Of a DNA stretch of 64,000 nucleotides, positions 1-14,084 are shown piece after piece. Source of the stretch: the human T2T-CHM13v2.0 reference genome, Homo sapiens; NCBI RefSeq assembly GCF_009914755.1, contig NC_060933.1; one strand, written 5' to 3'. The position numbers and the translations under genes are program-made. The notes under the pieces are model-generated. The model had not been told where the DNA came from. It was given only the letters and a program-made list of their open reading frames with translations, and did not search any database. Numbering within the stretch: the first letter of the stretch is position 1; every line of letters starts with the position of its first letter.

Positions 1-23
1 TGTTGTCTTATTGTTTTAATAAT

Positions 24-256
24 GTAAGTGGTTGGTTAAGAATAAGGACTTTGGACTCACATGAACCTACAGTTGATTCCTAGCTCTGCCATAAATTCTT
101 TGTGTATTTTCTGTAATGTGCTAAGATTACCTAGACCTTACTTTTCTCTTCTATAAAATGGAGATGATAATGTAATATTCTAGGGTCACTTGGAAAATTA
201 AATGTCTTATTCAAAGCACTGAATATTGTATCTGGCACATAGTAAATACTCAATAC
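24..256 (+). mobile_element. MIR SINE (degenerate)
   Basis: MIR-like head 'gtggttggttaagaataaggactttggactc', core 'ctataaaatggagatgataat', tail 'tctggcacatagtaaatactcaata'. Confidence 0.8.
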
Positions 257-1360
257 CTGTTTAAATGCATATGTATTATATGTAAATCCTTATTCTTTCA
301 GGATATACAGTACCTAGAACTTGCCAAGTGGCTTTAGCTTCTTTGGTTGATGTTATCCAAAGTGCAATGCTATTTAGGTAAGGTGAATGAGAAAGGCTTT
401 TATCATCACCTGTGCACATGGGCCATTTCATTACTCTTCAGGCCTGAAGCCACAGTTCCACTGGGCTATTGCCTCAGTCATCTCTTTTATTTCTCCTCTT
501 TGTTTACTCATATAAGAAAATGAGTTCTTTTGAATCATTTTAGAAAAAAATCAGAGTTTTTGAGATTTCTTTCTCATAATATAAAGAGGTTTTATGATAA
601 AGAAGGCAAAATGGGACAATTGTCTTTCACTGTTAATTTTAATCACAGGGTTAAATATGTTAAGTGGCTGAGTAATGAATAATTAGGTCTTCATCCAGTG
701 TATCTCTTAATTATTAAAAAAAAAAACAAAGAAAATCACAAACTGTCCAAAAACAAATCTAACAAATTGTTCTTTAATCATTTATGAAACATGTTAATTT
801 GAAAGACATCAGCTTCAATTGATATGGTAGTTTATAAAATCCAAAGCAGTAACATCTCAACACCAGGGCCAAGACAAGGATTACAGCACTTCAAAAAATA
901 ATAATAATAATAATACTTTCCTGAGGTGTAAATATATATTTTTTTCTGTCAATAGAAAAAAGCTGAGTAGAATTCTGTGCCTTGCTATTCACATTGATTT
1001 TGTACCAAAGGTTTGATAGATTATGCATAGCACCTAGAAAGCAGGAAAGCAGAATGCCCTACGTAGAGCAAATTCTTCATCACTGGGTGCATCCCTGTGG
1101 AGATATTGACTGAAAGGAAAACTGCAGTCAGATCAGCACAGCAGGAATACCATGTCATGCTCTGAACACTCCTTGACGGTGTTTCTTCATCTTTTATTTT
1201 CAATCAACTATACTGTGGCCTTTCTTCTATTTTTATAGAAACATATACCTTTCAAATTTATATGTACATGTTATATAACAGTCTTAAAAGGACAGTACAT
1301 TTTTAGAATTTAAAACAATAACAAAATATACAAATTTACACAATGTAGAAGAGTATATAA

Positions 1361-1806
1361 TTTAAATATTCTTAAGGATTTAAGATTCTTAAATAATCCT
1401 AAGGATTTTTAAAGTTGGCATTTCTGGATAAAAATATATTTGATACTTAAATCTTTGATATTTAAATTATTTAATATCCTAAGAGTTTTCAAAGTTGGCA
1501 TTTCTGCATAAAGATATATATATAGCAAATATATATCTTTATGGAGAAATGGCAGATTTTAAAAAATCCTTAAAGTTGCCATTTCTGCATAAATATATAT
1601 ATATAAATCAAATAGATATATAAACCAAATATGTATCTTTATGCAGAAATGGCAACTTTAAAAATCCTTAAGATTTTAAATTCAGTATGAAGTTAAAATT
1701 CATCACACTGAATTTAAAATCTAAAATTCACTGATATTTGATTTAAATATCAAATATATATCTTTATCTGGAAATAGCAACTTTAAAAATCCTTAAGATA
1801 TTAAAT
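1361..1806. repeat. AT-rich nested inverted-repeat array (about 6 copies of a 45-65 bp unit, order F,F,R,F,R,R)
   Basis: Unit 'taaggatttttaaagttgccatttctgcataaagatatatatttg' forward at ~1400, ~1480, ~1570; reverse complement at ~1526, ~1626, ~1751; perfect 16 bp hairpin arms at 1671-1686 and 1707-1722. Confidence 0.9.
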
Positions 1807-2954
1807 GCTTCATGTAAACATAAATGTTTTTATAAATTTTGTATCATACTATAGATACTGTGTTTGTGTTTTGTACTCTGCTTTTAATCTCTTAATGCTT
1901 TTTCCCTTGGCATTATATTTTTCGTATTTCCCCTTATTTTTCAGACATATAATGTAAATGAGCAGCTACATAGCATTTCACTGTATGAATCACTCTAATA
2001 AATTATTGTATTCTTGGAAACTTGGGTGTTTTAAATTTTGTTGCTGTTGTTGTTATTTGTACCTCTACAGAGGGATTGTGCTGAGTCCCCAGTGACCCAT
2101 ATGGTAAAGAATGATAAGTATATATTTTCTAATATTAAACTCTTCTTAAACTCCTGGACAAAAATATATTTGGTCTTTTTAAATATAGAGTCAATGAAAA
2201 AAATCCTCTTTTACTGCAATTTTTGGGTTTGGCAATATGAAAACTCCACTTTGTAAGAGAGATTTTTTGCTTTTTACACAAAATTGTTCTCTAAATTATT
2301 TAAGGCCTATAGACTTTATTGTAAAGATGGATTATGAAATTAGATTACAATACAACAACTTAAATATTACACCAAATATATGTTGTAAATATAAGTGTGT
2401 TATTGGTTTATAGTGAATTTTGTTTGAGGGTCTTTGGACCCTAACCTTGAAACCACTGAAACCCACAACAAAAATGTGTTTCAATTCTCCATTAACCCTG
2501 CAAGACATAATTTGGATTTATTGAGAAGTTATAGGAAACCAGGATATATGCTTATCTTTTCATAACATTCTCCAAGCTCTAACCCCTATTTAGACTCACA
2601 ATGAAATACATCCATTAAGATTCCTCATTAGCTGGAGTTTCTTTATAAATGCTTATATTCATTTAGAAGAAAATGAATCTGTTCCACCTTTGAACTTAAA
2701 GGATTCGTTTTTCTTTAAGCTTAAGTGATTGTGGCCAATCATTTGTCTAATGCATCACTTTATTTGTTATTTTATGTAGAAATTATTGTTTATACATGAG
2801 ACCTTTGTCCGTAGCTGTATATTTTAATTCTCAGGTGTTGGTGTGACAGTATGAACATTATCCCACTTTTATATAATTAATTTTTAAAAATTATTGCTTT
2901 TCCTTTAGATGAGATCGAATACCCCATTTTTTGTGAAATGCCTTTAAAAGTATA

Positions 2955-3360
2955 TGCTTTAGTCCATTTTTGCTGCTATAAAAGAATGCCTGATACTAGA
3001 TAATTTATAAATAATAGAGATTTATTTCTCACATTTCTTGAGGCTGGGAAGCCAAAGATCAGTGCACCAGCAGATTCAGTGTCTGAGGAGGGCTGTCCTC
3101 TGCTTTTAAGATGATGCCTTGGTGCTGCATCCTCACATGATGGAAGAAAAAGGCAAGGAAGGTGAGAAGGAAGGAGGAGGAAACCCCAACTTCCTTTTGC
3201 ATAAGGAACACACTCCAGAGATAATGACATGAATCCATTTATGAGGGCAGAGCCCTCACGGCCTAATCCCCTCTTAAAGGTCCCATTTCTTAATATTGTT
3301 ACAATGGCAATTAAATTCCATCATGAGGTTGGGAGGGGACAAACATTCAAACCATGATCA
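2955..3360 (-). mobile_element. ERVL-MaLR solo LTR, MLT1A/MSTD-like
   Basis: 'ttagtccatttttgctgctataaaagaatgcctg...ggaggggacaaacattcaaaccat' is the reverse complement of a MaLR LTR. Confidence 0.85.
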
Positions 3361-4909
3361 TATAACACTGTAGGCATTTATTTGTGGGTTGGATTTTTCC
3401 CATAGATATGTGTTGTACAATCCATGTATGTTTATGTATATAGCTCTGGCTCATTCATTTTAACTGCTATATAATCTTAAATAGCATGAACATTTATTAA
3501 AAAAAACTTATGCAAATGGTCAAGGAGAACCTACAGAAATAGCACAGACTGTTGGGAACAATTCTTGAAGACTGGATCAATAACCAGTGTACAGGCTCCT
3601 TAATGTCAATTTAACCTACATTCGTTCACACAGAGCTAACAAGGACAGATATTAGACTCCAGGAAAGGACTCTGACTTTTGGGTAGAGATCCTTTATGCC
3701 ATGTTGTTATGCAAATATCTACTTTCCTCTGCTTTTCCCGTGATCAAGAAAGAAACGATAGCAATGTAACATGATAGGACCTTCCCTCTATCTGTATCCA
3801 TGTAGTTCAGGGTATTTAGTTAAAGTAGCAACCCTGGTGTGATTAGGAAGCTAGAGAAAGCCCTGATGTTGCAGCTGTATAAAATAGCAATCTGGTGGCA
3901 AGATTCACCACATCAGTGTTTACGGTTGGGAAAGTATCAATTCATTCCCTGGTATGATACAGGTTTGGTCAATACTTTGCAGTTAATGAGGATCAATTGC
4001 TTATGTACTATGAATAGTTAGTTTTCATGTAGCATTACAGTAAATTAACAGTCTAACTGGAGAAAAATTAACTCTTACCTTTTTTGCCACCCCACTGATC
4101 CAAAATTCATTCTCTACCTTATGTGCAATCTGCACTGTTCCAAGCCATAAAGATTTGCTGTGAGATTGTCATTGATATTTCTATAAAAGGGATTGAGGAA
4201 TGTCTAAAATTTCTAGGGATTGCTGGATGGCTACTTGTGCTGCAGATCATTTTCATGTGAAACAAAACAAAGAAATGGCCACTTTTAACACGAATTCAGG
4301 AGGGCCCCATTACCTGACTCCCAAAAGTATAATAAGGCTAGCTATAGCACATTGACAGAGAAAAGTTTAATAAAGATACACAACACTGCTCAGTACTCTT
4401 CAAATGACAGAGACTCACTGTTTTTCTCAAGAAAGGAAGAGTTATTGGGCACGGTTTTCTTCGCCTGTGTCCTGGTATCAATTTATAGTTCGTTATAGTG
4501 GCAAATACTACCTGGTATAACTCAGTAATGCTTGCCAGGAAGGCACCAGAAGAAAAATAGTGGGCTTAGACACTCTTATATTTTGTTGGGCTATGAAATT
4601 GCATTAATAAATTAGGTTCATTCTCAAATGTACTAAGTAATGCCACTATTAAAACAAGAAATGTTGTAACAATATTTGCACACTTCATCAATATACAAAG
4701 TTCCTATGACATAAATTCTCTTCAACAGTTGATAATGCTACACTTTTTAATTTTTACCAGTTTTGATAGTATAAAATATATTTTCTCACTTAATAAAGCT
4801 AAAATATCTTCAATTAGTAATGATCATTTATTTTACTTTTCTTTGGAATCCAAGTTCAAGTCTTCTGCTTGTTTCTCCATTGTAATTGTTTATTTTTCTT
4901 GTTTGTTTT

Positions 4910-6905
4910 GAAACTCTTTCCAAAACCAGGGAATGATAAAAATACTTCCTAATTCATTTTATGAAGCTAGTGAAACGTTGATACCAAGACCTGAAGAAGG
5001 AAATTGCAGACTAATAGCTTTCATTAGCATGTCTGTAAAAATTTTGAACACAACACAAACAAACAGAATTCAGAAAGGCATAAAGAATAATGCACATCTT
5101 AACAAGCTATGATTAAGGAAAGAAATATATGTTGACAGATGCAGAAAAAAAACTTTAAAAAAGGTTGATAAAAACCCTTCAAAAACCAGAAAGAAATTGA
5201 AACATCCTCAGTCCAAAAAAACACACCTACAAAAATAGTCTAACCACATTGTACTGAGTAGTAAAAAAATTGAATGCTTTCCACCCAAGCTCAAAAATAA
5301 GACAGGGATATTTCTCTCACCACTTCCACATATTACCAAAAATTTTAGCAAAGCCATGAGGAAAAAAATCAATATTAAATAATTAATGTGTGAAAGGAAG
5401 AAGTAGAACTGCTATCATTCACAAACAATGTGATTATGCATGTAGAAAATTATATGGAATGTATAAAATTTCTACTAGGATTAAGTGAATTTAGCAAGAT
5501 AGCAAAATGGAAAATTAACAAGCAAAACTCATTGTTATTTCTATATATGAGAAGTTAGCACTATAAAAATGAAATAAAATGTCATTTTAAAATAGCATCA
5601 GGAGTCACATATGAAGAATAAGTATAATAGGATATGTACAGGAATTCTATGCTGGAAACTACAAAATATTGCAGAGCAAAGTTGAAAAAGATCTGAAAAA
5701 TGGAGCGACATACTATCTTTATGGATTGAAGTATTCGATTTTGTAAAGATGTTTATTCTCCCCAAATAGATTTTTAGAATGATACTTTCCCAAACAATAC
5801 CTTATCATGTTTCTTAAAAGAAACCTACAATATTATTCTAAAATTAAAGTAAAATGTAAGGTATCTGGAATAGACAAAGAGCTTTTAAAGGAAAACAAAA
5901 TTAGACACTCCAACTACCTTTAAAAAGACTTACTCTAAAACCATTACAAGCAGAGTAATATGGTTTTGGTGACTCATCAAAGTGTCAGGTTAATTCAATG
6001 AGAAATATAAAGTCTTTGCTCTTGTTGTTACAGACGGTGCTGGGACGTCTGAAAGTCAATATGGGAAAAAATGAAGCTAGCCCTCATTGTGTGCCATATA
6101 ATAGAATTATTTGTAGACAAATTGTTTACATATATATAAAAACTAGAGCCCATGTCTTCCACCACGAAACACATCTGATATTATAGTACATTTTGGGTGG
6201 GCTAAGACTACCTACATAGGATTCCAAAAGTACTAACTACAAAATAAGATAAATAATAAATTGTATTTAATTAAACTTAATTATCTCTGATTTTAAAATA
6301 TGCTACTGTTGTCCTAATGTTACATTATTTCTTTGAAGCCAAAAAGATGGCAAAAGAAAATATGTAAAATGTTCAAATAGGCAGTGATATGGAAAAGGCG
6401 ACACAAAAAACAACTTAAAAAATCTCAGCATCATTAGTCATCTAAAAAATATGCCCACAGAAAAACAATATAGAAGAATGCTCATAGCAACTTTATTATA
6501 GCCCAAAATTTTAGAAAATATATTTATCAAAGATTCATGGGTAAACAAAATGTGGCATTTTCATTCAGTGGTATATTTCCTACAAACAGAAAGAAACAAC
6601 TACTGATACATTCAACAATATGGCTGAAACTCAGCGCCATATGGAGGGAAAGAGGCTAAACACAAAGGGGTATATTAGGCATGATTCTATTTGATTGACG
6701 TTCCAGTAAACAAAAACTAATATATGGCTGTAAAAATTAGAAAGTGATTGCCTTCTTGAGGCATGGAGGTCTAGCATTTGCCTGGATAGATACACAAGGA
6801 AACTTCCTGTAGCAATGGAAACATAATTTTTCTTGTTTGGGGTGGCAGTTAAACCCATTGAATTAAAGACTTGTGATGAGTGCATCTCACAGTTTAAAGT
6901 GTATT
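4910..6905 (+). mobile_element. Ancient L1 (L1M-type), ORF2 RT region to 3' UTR, degraded
   Basis: 'cttcctaattcattttatgaagctag', 'ctctcaccacttcc', 'gtgaatttagcaagatagca', 'ctcatagcaactttattatagccc'; a short antisense L1-like piece lies at ~4700-4910. Confidence 0.8.
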
Positions 6906-8682
6906 CAAACAGCCAAAAAAGGCTATACCAAACTATTTCCTAGAGGATCTCTTATTTACAAAAGCTAACATAAAAATTACTTAGCCTCATCTTATTAATT
7001 ATCCCAGATAATATTCATCAACATATATTATCTTTAAAATGGTCTTTTTTGCAGCATTACATTATAGGCAACGTAAACATAGGAGGAATTTATAATAAAT
7101 TTTCATATGTCTATGTTTAGTTTTCATATAACATACTTACAATTAGTTTTTATATAACATATATTTTGATGTAATCTTTTATAAATATTAAAATATGTTA
7201 AATTATTTTCATAATAGTTTTCTATTTAAATTCAAAATCGATTTCGTTGATCTAAGAATTCTGGATGAGGTCTGCTATTAGTATTCTGTATCACTGAGTC
7301 AAATTATGAAAATAGAGCTACTACATATTTTTTAAATTCCCAGCATCTGAAAGTGTCCATGCTATTATTTTGGTGCCAATAAATATTTCTAAATGTGTGA
7401 GTTAGTGGTGTCTGTGAATTGAATGAATTAATTTATAGTTTTTGACTTTTGAAACTCTTCTCTAGTATCCTAATAATCTCAATATGGCCTTTATGTTTTA
7501 TACTTTTTCTGTTGGGTGCCTAACTTTCTGGCTTAGGACAGTTTCTGGGACTACCATACATATTTTGGGATGAGGAAGCTATATTGAGCACATGCCATAT
7601 GGTAAGCATCAAATGAATTATGAAGAACATTCCTGTGTTTTCTTCATTTATTCCTAAGCTTTTGAAACATTAGTCCTCAAATTACTGACATCATCTAATA
7701 TTTTATGCAAAGATGACCTTTCTCCCCTTCTGCACATGCTTTATCAGTCCAAATGACAGTTCCCATAAATATGCCTATGTGTACTGGGGAAAGCAAGCAT
7801 AATGCTTAGAGGTATAGTTTTGTATGTGTGTATAGCACTGTGTTTTCTAATAGAAACTTGGCAAGTAAAATACATTTTACTGATTGATAGACTAGCTCCT
7901 CTTAAAGCTTTGGGAAGGAATGCCCTCCCATCTCATGGCTTTATGCTCTCATTTGCAATATATGGAATAAGACCACTACACAAGTTCTATCTCTGATCAA
8001 AAACTCTTACTCAATATTTGGTATGAAGTCACTTTGCTCATGATTGAGTCTGTTTTTTAGAAAAAAAAAATAAGTTTTTTAAGCATTCTGTAAAGGCTGG
8101 CAACTCTGGATTCCCTGATCTATCAAAACTAACTTACAAATGATTACAAAAATTTAGAAACTCAGTCAAGGCAGGTCATTGGATAAAAGGTTTTTTTATT
8201 TGTTTTTGGTAATTGCAACTTCACTTCTGAGGATATGAACCTCCAGCTGTCATATGTATGTGACTAATTCAATGCCTTCCAGCCATTAAGGATGCCCCGC
8301 TACGTTTCTGTTTTCTGGCAAAAATAGAAGATAGCTTAACACAACATCTTGGCATAAGATTACTGGCATAGAACAGCAAAACACATGCAAATTGGCAAGA
8401 AAAATACCTTATGTATGCAACCATTTCCAAAAACAGCAGATGCAAAGCCAAATTCACCTTACCAGATCCTGTAGTATGCACATGCACAAAAATGTAATAC
8501 TTGTCTAACTTAGTGTTATTCTGAATCTAGATTTAGATTCTCATTTTCATTTTCTTGAGGAAAGTAAAAGCACTTTTTTATAATTTGAAATGATAAATAT
8601 TTCTGTCTATACATTTATTCTGGTAAGTATAAATTTATGATACTGCACATTCAACATTTGTCTCACATTAATAAATGCTAAG

Positions 8683-9221
8683 TGTGATGGTTGGTTTTAT
8701 GTGTCAACTTGACTGGGCCATGGGATGCCCAGATATTTGGTAAAACATTACTCTAGATGTGTCAGAGAGGATGTTTTGGGATAGGATTAACATCTGAATT
8801 GATAAACTGAGTAAAGCAGATTATCTTCCCTAATATGCAGGGCTCTTACCCAATCAGCTGAAGGCCTAAACAGAACAAAAATGCCAACCCTCTGGAAGTT
8901 AAGAGGGGATGTATCTTGCCTGAACGCTTGAGCTGAAGCATCAGTTCTTTCCTACCTTCAGACATAGGCTGAATTGTTGGCTCTTCCTGGGTCTTCTGCC
9001 GGCCAGTTTTTAGACAGGAAGTTATGCCATCAGCTATGCTGGTTCTCAGGCCTTCAGACCCCCCACTGGAAGTGTACCAGTGGATCTCCTGGGTCTCCAG
9101 CTTGCTGACTGCCGATATTAGGACATTTCAGCCTCCCTTATCACATGAGCCAATTCCTGATATTTATCTCTTTTTATATATGAACATCCTTTTCACTGTT
9201 TTTCTGAAAAACCCTAATACA
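8683..9221 (+). mobile_element. ERVL solo LTR, MLT2 family (MLT2D-like)
   Basis: TG...CA ends; 'tgtgatggttggttttatgtgtcaacttgactgggcc' ... 'ctgaaaaaccctaataca'. Confidence 0.88.
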
Positions 9222-10157
9222 GGTTTTATATATTTTATATTATATATGTATATATTTCATACACTCACATATTATGTTTCCTCCAAATTGAGCTTGTGGC
9301 CTAGCATTTAATGATGCATTAATCTCGAGTCTACTTATCATTTTCTGGTGGCATAAGTATAATTTATTTTTTCATGAGACATAAGACCCCCATTCCATTT
9401 CAATGAAAGTAGCTTTCCCACCCTCAGAGTCCTCTCTTATGCCTGTCTATTAAATTTTTCCAGCAAAAATTACTGCATTTACTGTATTCACACCTTTGGA
9501 AGCTCCTTTTAACTGTTGTAATAACAATAGCATGGTGTGTGTGAGTAGTGTGCATGTGTGTTTTATAGTATAAAATTATGCTGATTTTACAGGTTCACCA
9601 ATTTTCCTTTTAAAGAACGTTTTTGTTATGTTCATTATTTTGCTTACTTACTTTATAGACATGCTAAGTCATGGGAAATAATGCTTTCATTGGATTTTCT
9701 TATTTATTCTAACCTCAGTGAATTTATCATAGATACAGAAACCAACCTCAAAAATCGAAGGATTGCTTTATTTTTCATTCACCTGCCATTCAATTGTTAA
9801 AAAGGTGAAGTTGACTCTACCTCTTTAATATTGTTCATACCTTCTTTGTAAGCATTGCCCCAACTGAGACTTTAATAATCTCACATAGAAATTGCATGTC
9901 TCTCAAGTATTCTTTTTGCCTCTATTTGCACTTACTACAGATGCTAGAATAACTTTTCCAAAACTAAATTATATCTGTGCCTTATTTAAAAGAACTCTCT
10001 GTTGTCCACAAAATTAAATTCAACCTACTTAATATGATATAAAAATCTCCATATTTTACCCACTCTCTACGTTTGAATACTTACCTAGCAAGTTTATGCT
10101 TCCACCTGGCTTTCTGTACATCAAAACAACTTTTAGATGCAAGAATGTGCCAAATTA

Positions 10158-10603
10158 CATTATTCACAATAGCAAAGACTTGGAACCAACCCAAATGTCC
10201 AACAATGATAGACTGGATCAAGAAAATGTGGCACATATACACCATTGAATACTATGCAGCCATAAAAAATGATGAGTTCATGTCCTTTGTAGGGACATGG
10301 ATGAAATCGGAAATCATCATTCTCAGTAAACTATCGCAAGAACAAAAAACCAAACACCGCATATTCTCACTCATAGGTGGGAATTGAACAATGAGATCAC
10401 ATGGACACAGGAAGGGGAATATCACACTCTGGGGACTGTTTTTGGGTGGGGGGAGGGGGGAGGGATAGCATCGGGAGATATACCTAATGCTAGATGACGA
10501 GTTAGTGGGTGCAGTGCACCAGCATGTCACATGTATACATATGTAACTAACCTGCACAATGTGCACATGTACCCTAAAACTTAAAGTTAATAAAAAAAAA
10601 AAA
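10158..10603 (+). mobile_element. Young 5'-truncated L1 (L1PA2-like) with 17 bp TSD
   Basis: ORF2 C-terminus (…TWNQPKCPTMIDWIKKMWHIYT…SLIGGN), 3' UTR, polyA; TSD aagaatgtgccaaatta at 10141-10157 and 10604-10620; 'gatgacgagttag' and 'cttaaagt' rather than the L1HS-Ta diagnostics. Confidence 0.96.
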
Positions 10604-11239
10604 AAGAATGTGCCAAATTAGAACTACCCTTCTTAGAAAATAAGGCTTCTTGAGATTTCCTTATTCATTGTTGATTTCCAGTGTACCTGTGGAAGTTTTT
10701 TTGAGTCATTGGCAGAGAAACCTTCAGGAACCTTATATATATTTTTCTTAATATAATTCGATCATGAAATGTATAATATCTGAGTACTTTCAGAAATTCT
10801 TTCAAGACTATAAGACTTTTAGATATTCATTTTAGACTATAAATTCTTTGATAAAATAGCTTTCTCTTTGAATTCCTAGATAATTTCTTCATGTAATGAA
10901 TTCTGTCCTTTAATTAAGTTTACTAGGCCTTTGAATTCAGAAGATCAGTTTATCATTTCTGACCACAGCTGACCAAATCCCGCCTAATGGAAAAATAAGA
11001 AGCCTCTAATCCAAAAAATATTGCCGAACACACAGCACAAAGTCTCTCACTAACATCATCCTTAAATAGTTGGATTTTTAACACACTCTATGAGGAATAA
11101 TAAAATAGCTATTGTTTTGGGCATTAGCTTTTGATTACCTTTAGGTAACCAATATTCCTGACAGTCATGTGAACTTCTATAGCTGTGCTGGAAAATCATT
11201 TAGCACTATCTACTAACCCTGAACTTGTGTAACCTATCA

Positions 11240-11720
11240 CTTAACAGTTCCATTCCTAGGTGTATACCTAATAGAAATGTGTACGTATTTATAACAGCAT
11301 TTGTTGAAATAGTCAAAAACTACAGACAATTCAAATGTCTAACAACAAAAGGGTAAGTAAAGTGTATTATATTCCTAAAATACAATATCATCTAGCAATT
11401 AAAATGGACAAGCTGTAGCCTTATACATCAATGTGGATGAATCTTGCAAGCATGGGTGAATCAAGCAAGAAGAAAGGAAGCCAGATACACCATAGTACAC
11501 ACCACATGACTCCTTTAAAAATAAACAAACAAACGAAGACAGGCAAAACCAATCAATGGAATCCTAGAGAGCTGTCAACTTTGTGGAAAGAGCTGGACAT
11601 AGGCAACAAAATCACCTGGAAATGATCTATTTCTATATAGGCATACTCACTGTGCAATAATACACTGGGCCCTGCACTTACAAGTGGTGCATTTTCCACG
11701 TGTGTATTATACTCTCAAAA
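11240..11720 (+). mobile_element. Ancient L1 3' end (L1ME-like)
   Basis: 'ttccattcctaggtgtatacc', 'aattcaaatgtctaacaaca', 'atgtggatgaatcttgcaagcat', 'gaagccagatac'. Confidence 0.7.
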
Positions 11721-12214
11721 GAGGCTTAAGAATAGGAAAGCGTTTCTAATTTTATTTTTTTAAAGATTCTAGTGACTATTGTGTCTGTGTTTCCAGAATT
11801 AAACAGTCACTGAAAAGAAATACTTTTGAGATAAGGAAGTTGAAAAACATTGAAAATATGATGCCTAAATAAAATAAAAAAGAATGTAAGGAGCAGTTAG
11901 GGTATTAAGCATAATAAAACTGGTGAAGTAGAAGAAAAATTTTAAAACTTTATGCAAACCAAAGTGTTAAAGCCAAAGGTAAATAAGATGAAATTTAGAT
12001 ATGAAGACAATAACATTAACTCTTAATCTAATGGGATTCCTAGGAAAAATATCAGATGAGATAGAACAAAAGCAATATTGAAATTAATTAGCTAAGTAAA
12101 CAAATTTAATAAATTTAAGAAAATTATCTAATTAAAAGAAATTCCTGGCTATAGATAACATTTAATAAAAATAACATCTTCATTACAAAGACGGTATAAA
12201 AAATAAAATTTTCC

Positions 12215-12569
<355 letters not shown>

Positions 12570-13289
12570 CTACCCTTCCAAATATTAAAAAAAAAAATAG
12601 AATCTGTGGGGGAAAAAAACCCCTAAAATTTCAAGCCCAATTTGTCACTCCTATGCAAGGTAATCAAAACGTAATCTCATATACCCATAGGGCCAGAAAA
12701 TTTACTCATACAATAGTCTTACCATAAAACAAAATACTCTTAAATAGACTTTGGCCAATTATTAGAATTATTAGAAGTCAATCTGAAGAAGTAGAGACTT
12801 GATAAACATTGAAATCAAAAGACAATGTACAATGAAATGACTAGAGATATTTAAATAATAATAGTTAATATTTTTAAGAAATGTTGCAGGTAAATTATTA
12901 TCAAAAAAACCTATTAATAATTGAGCAAATAGCTTGTTTAAATTTACTAGTTAGAAAGATAGGACCCATTATATAAGCACTTGATAGTAAGAGGTAAGAA
13001 AAATAATGCTAGATTCATCATCTTAATTTATGAGGCTGTAGTCCATACATACAAGTATAACTTTGTAGGTTCAAGTAGGTCTTATACATACTTATGACTA
13101 TTCACTAATGGAAACATAAACTATGTAACTTTAAAGTAAATGTAAAAGAAGTCCAAATAAGCAATATAGATATAGCCCATATATTAAAAGACACAGAATT
13201 AAGAGAATTATATAGTGAATGTAAAAAATTAAGAACCAGAAACATAACTTAAGACCAAGAAACAAAAATATAATACTGATAAGAGCTCT

Positions 13290-13510
13290 TTATTGAGTAT
13301 TCATTATTTTGAATCATATCTTTTCTTATACAACATATCTTTTCTCATAAAACTCATTTATGTAGGTGAAACTGTACTCATTTTGCAAGCAAGAAAATTT
13401 AGGCCTAGAGTAATTTAGTAAAATATAAAACCATAGAGTTAGAGGTACTGAGACCACGATTGAAACAAGGTCTAATAATGCCAAAGCCTGCACTCACGGT
13501 CACTGTACTT
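13290..13510 (-). mobile_element. MIR SINE (degenerate)
   Basis: 'ctcattttgcaagcaagaaaatttaggcctagag…gattgaaacaaggtct…ccaaagcctg'. Confidence 0.6.
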
Positions 13511-14084
13511 TATAGTCCTTTATTGAAACTATTTACAATTAAAAACAAAATCAAAGTGACAGGTTAACAGTAAAATATTTGACACATGTTTATCAGGTAG
13601 ATACTAACAGCAGCAAACATAAAATATATCATAAGGGCTAAGATACTATTAAACAACATTGGAATAAATAGAACATTTATACAAGGTTACTTTAATACTA
13701 ATAAGGCATATTAGTCACTTCTGAAATATTATACTCATTATTATTTTAGCATTACATATAATGCTAAAAATGTGAACACCAAAGAGAAATTGACAAAAAG
13801 ATATTTCTTGGAAACCTGAAACATATTTTCAGTAAAACACTAGAGATGTAGGCATAATAAACCTAGAATTGTTTATAGAAATAAAGAATATTAAATAGAG
13901 TAAACACACATATATAAAATATTCCATGTTTGTTGTAGCAAACAAACATTTTCCAGGATGCTACCCCTTCCAGTTCTCTGCCCATAGGCTGTTTCTTGCA
14001 AAGATATAAATAAATTAAAATAACAAAGGTGATTCTCTATTTTGTTTATATTTTGATTCTGACCTGTCTTTCATTGTTGCCAGA

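Noticed and set aside
1361-1806. Repeat-spacer appearance suggesting a CRISPR-like array
   Set aside because: Copies alternate orientation, are degenerate, lack unique regular spacers and have no cas genes; the context is primate DNA.
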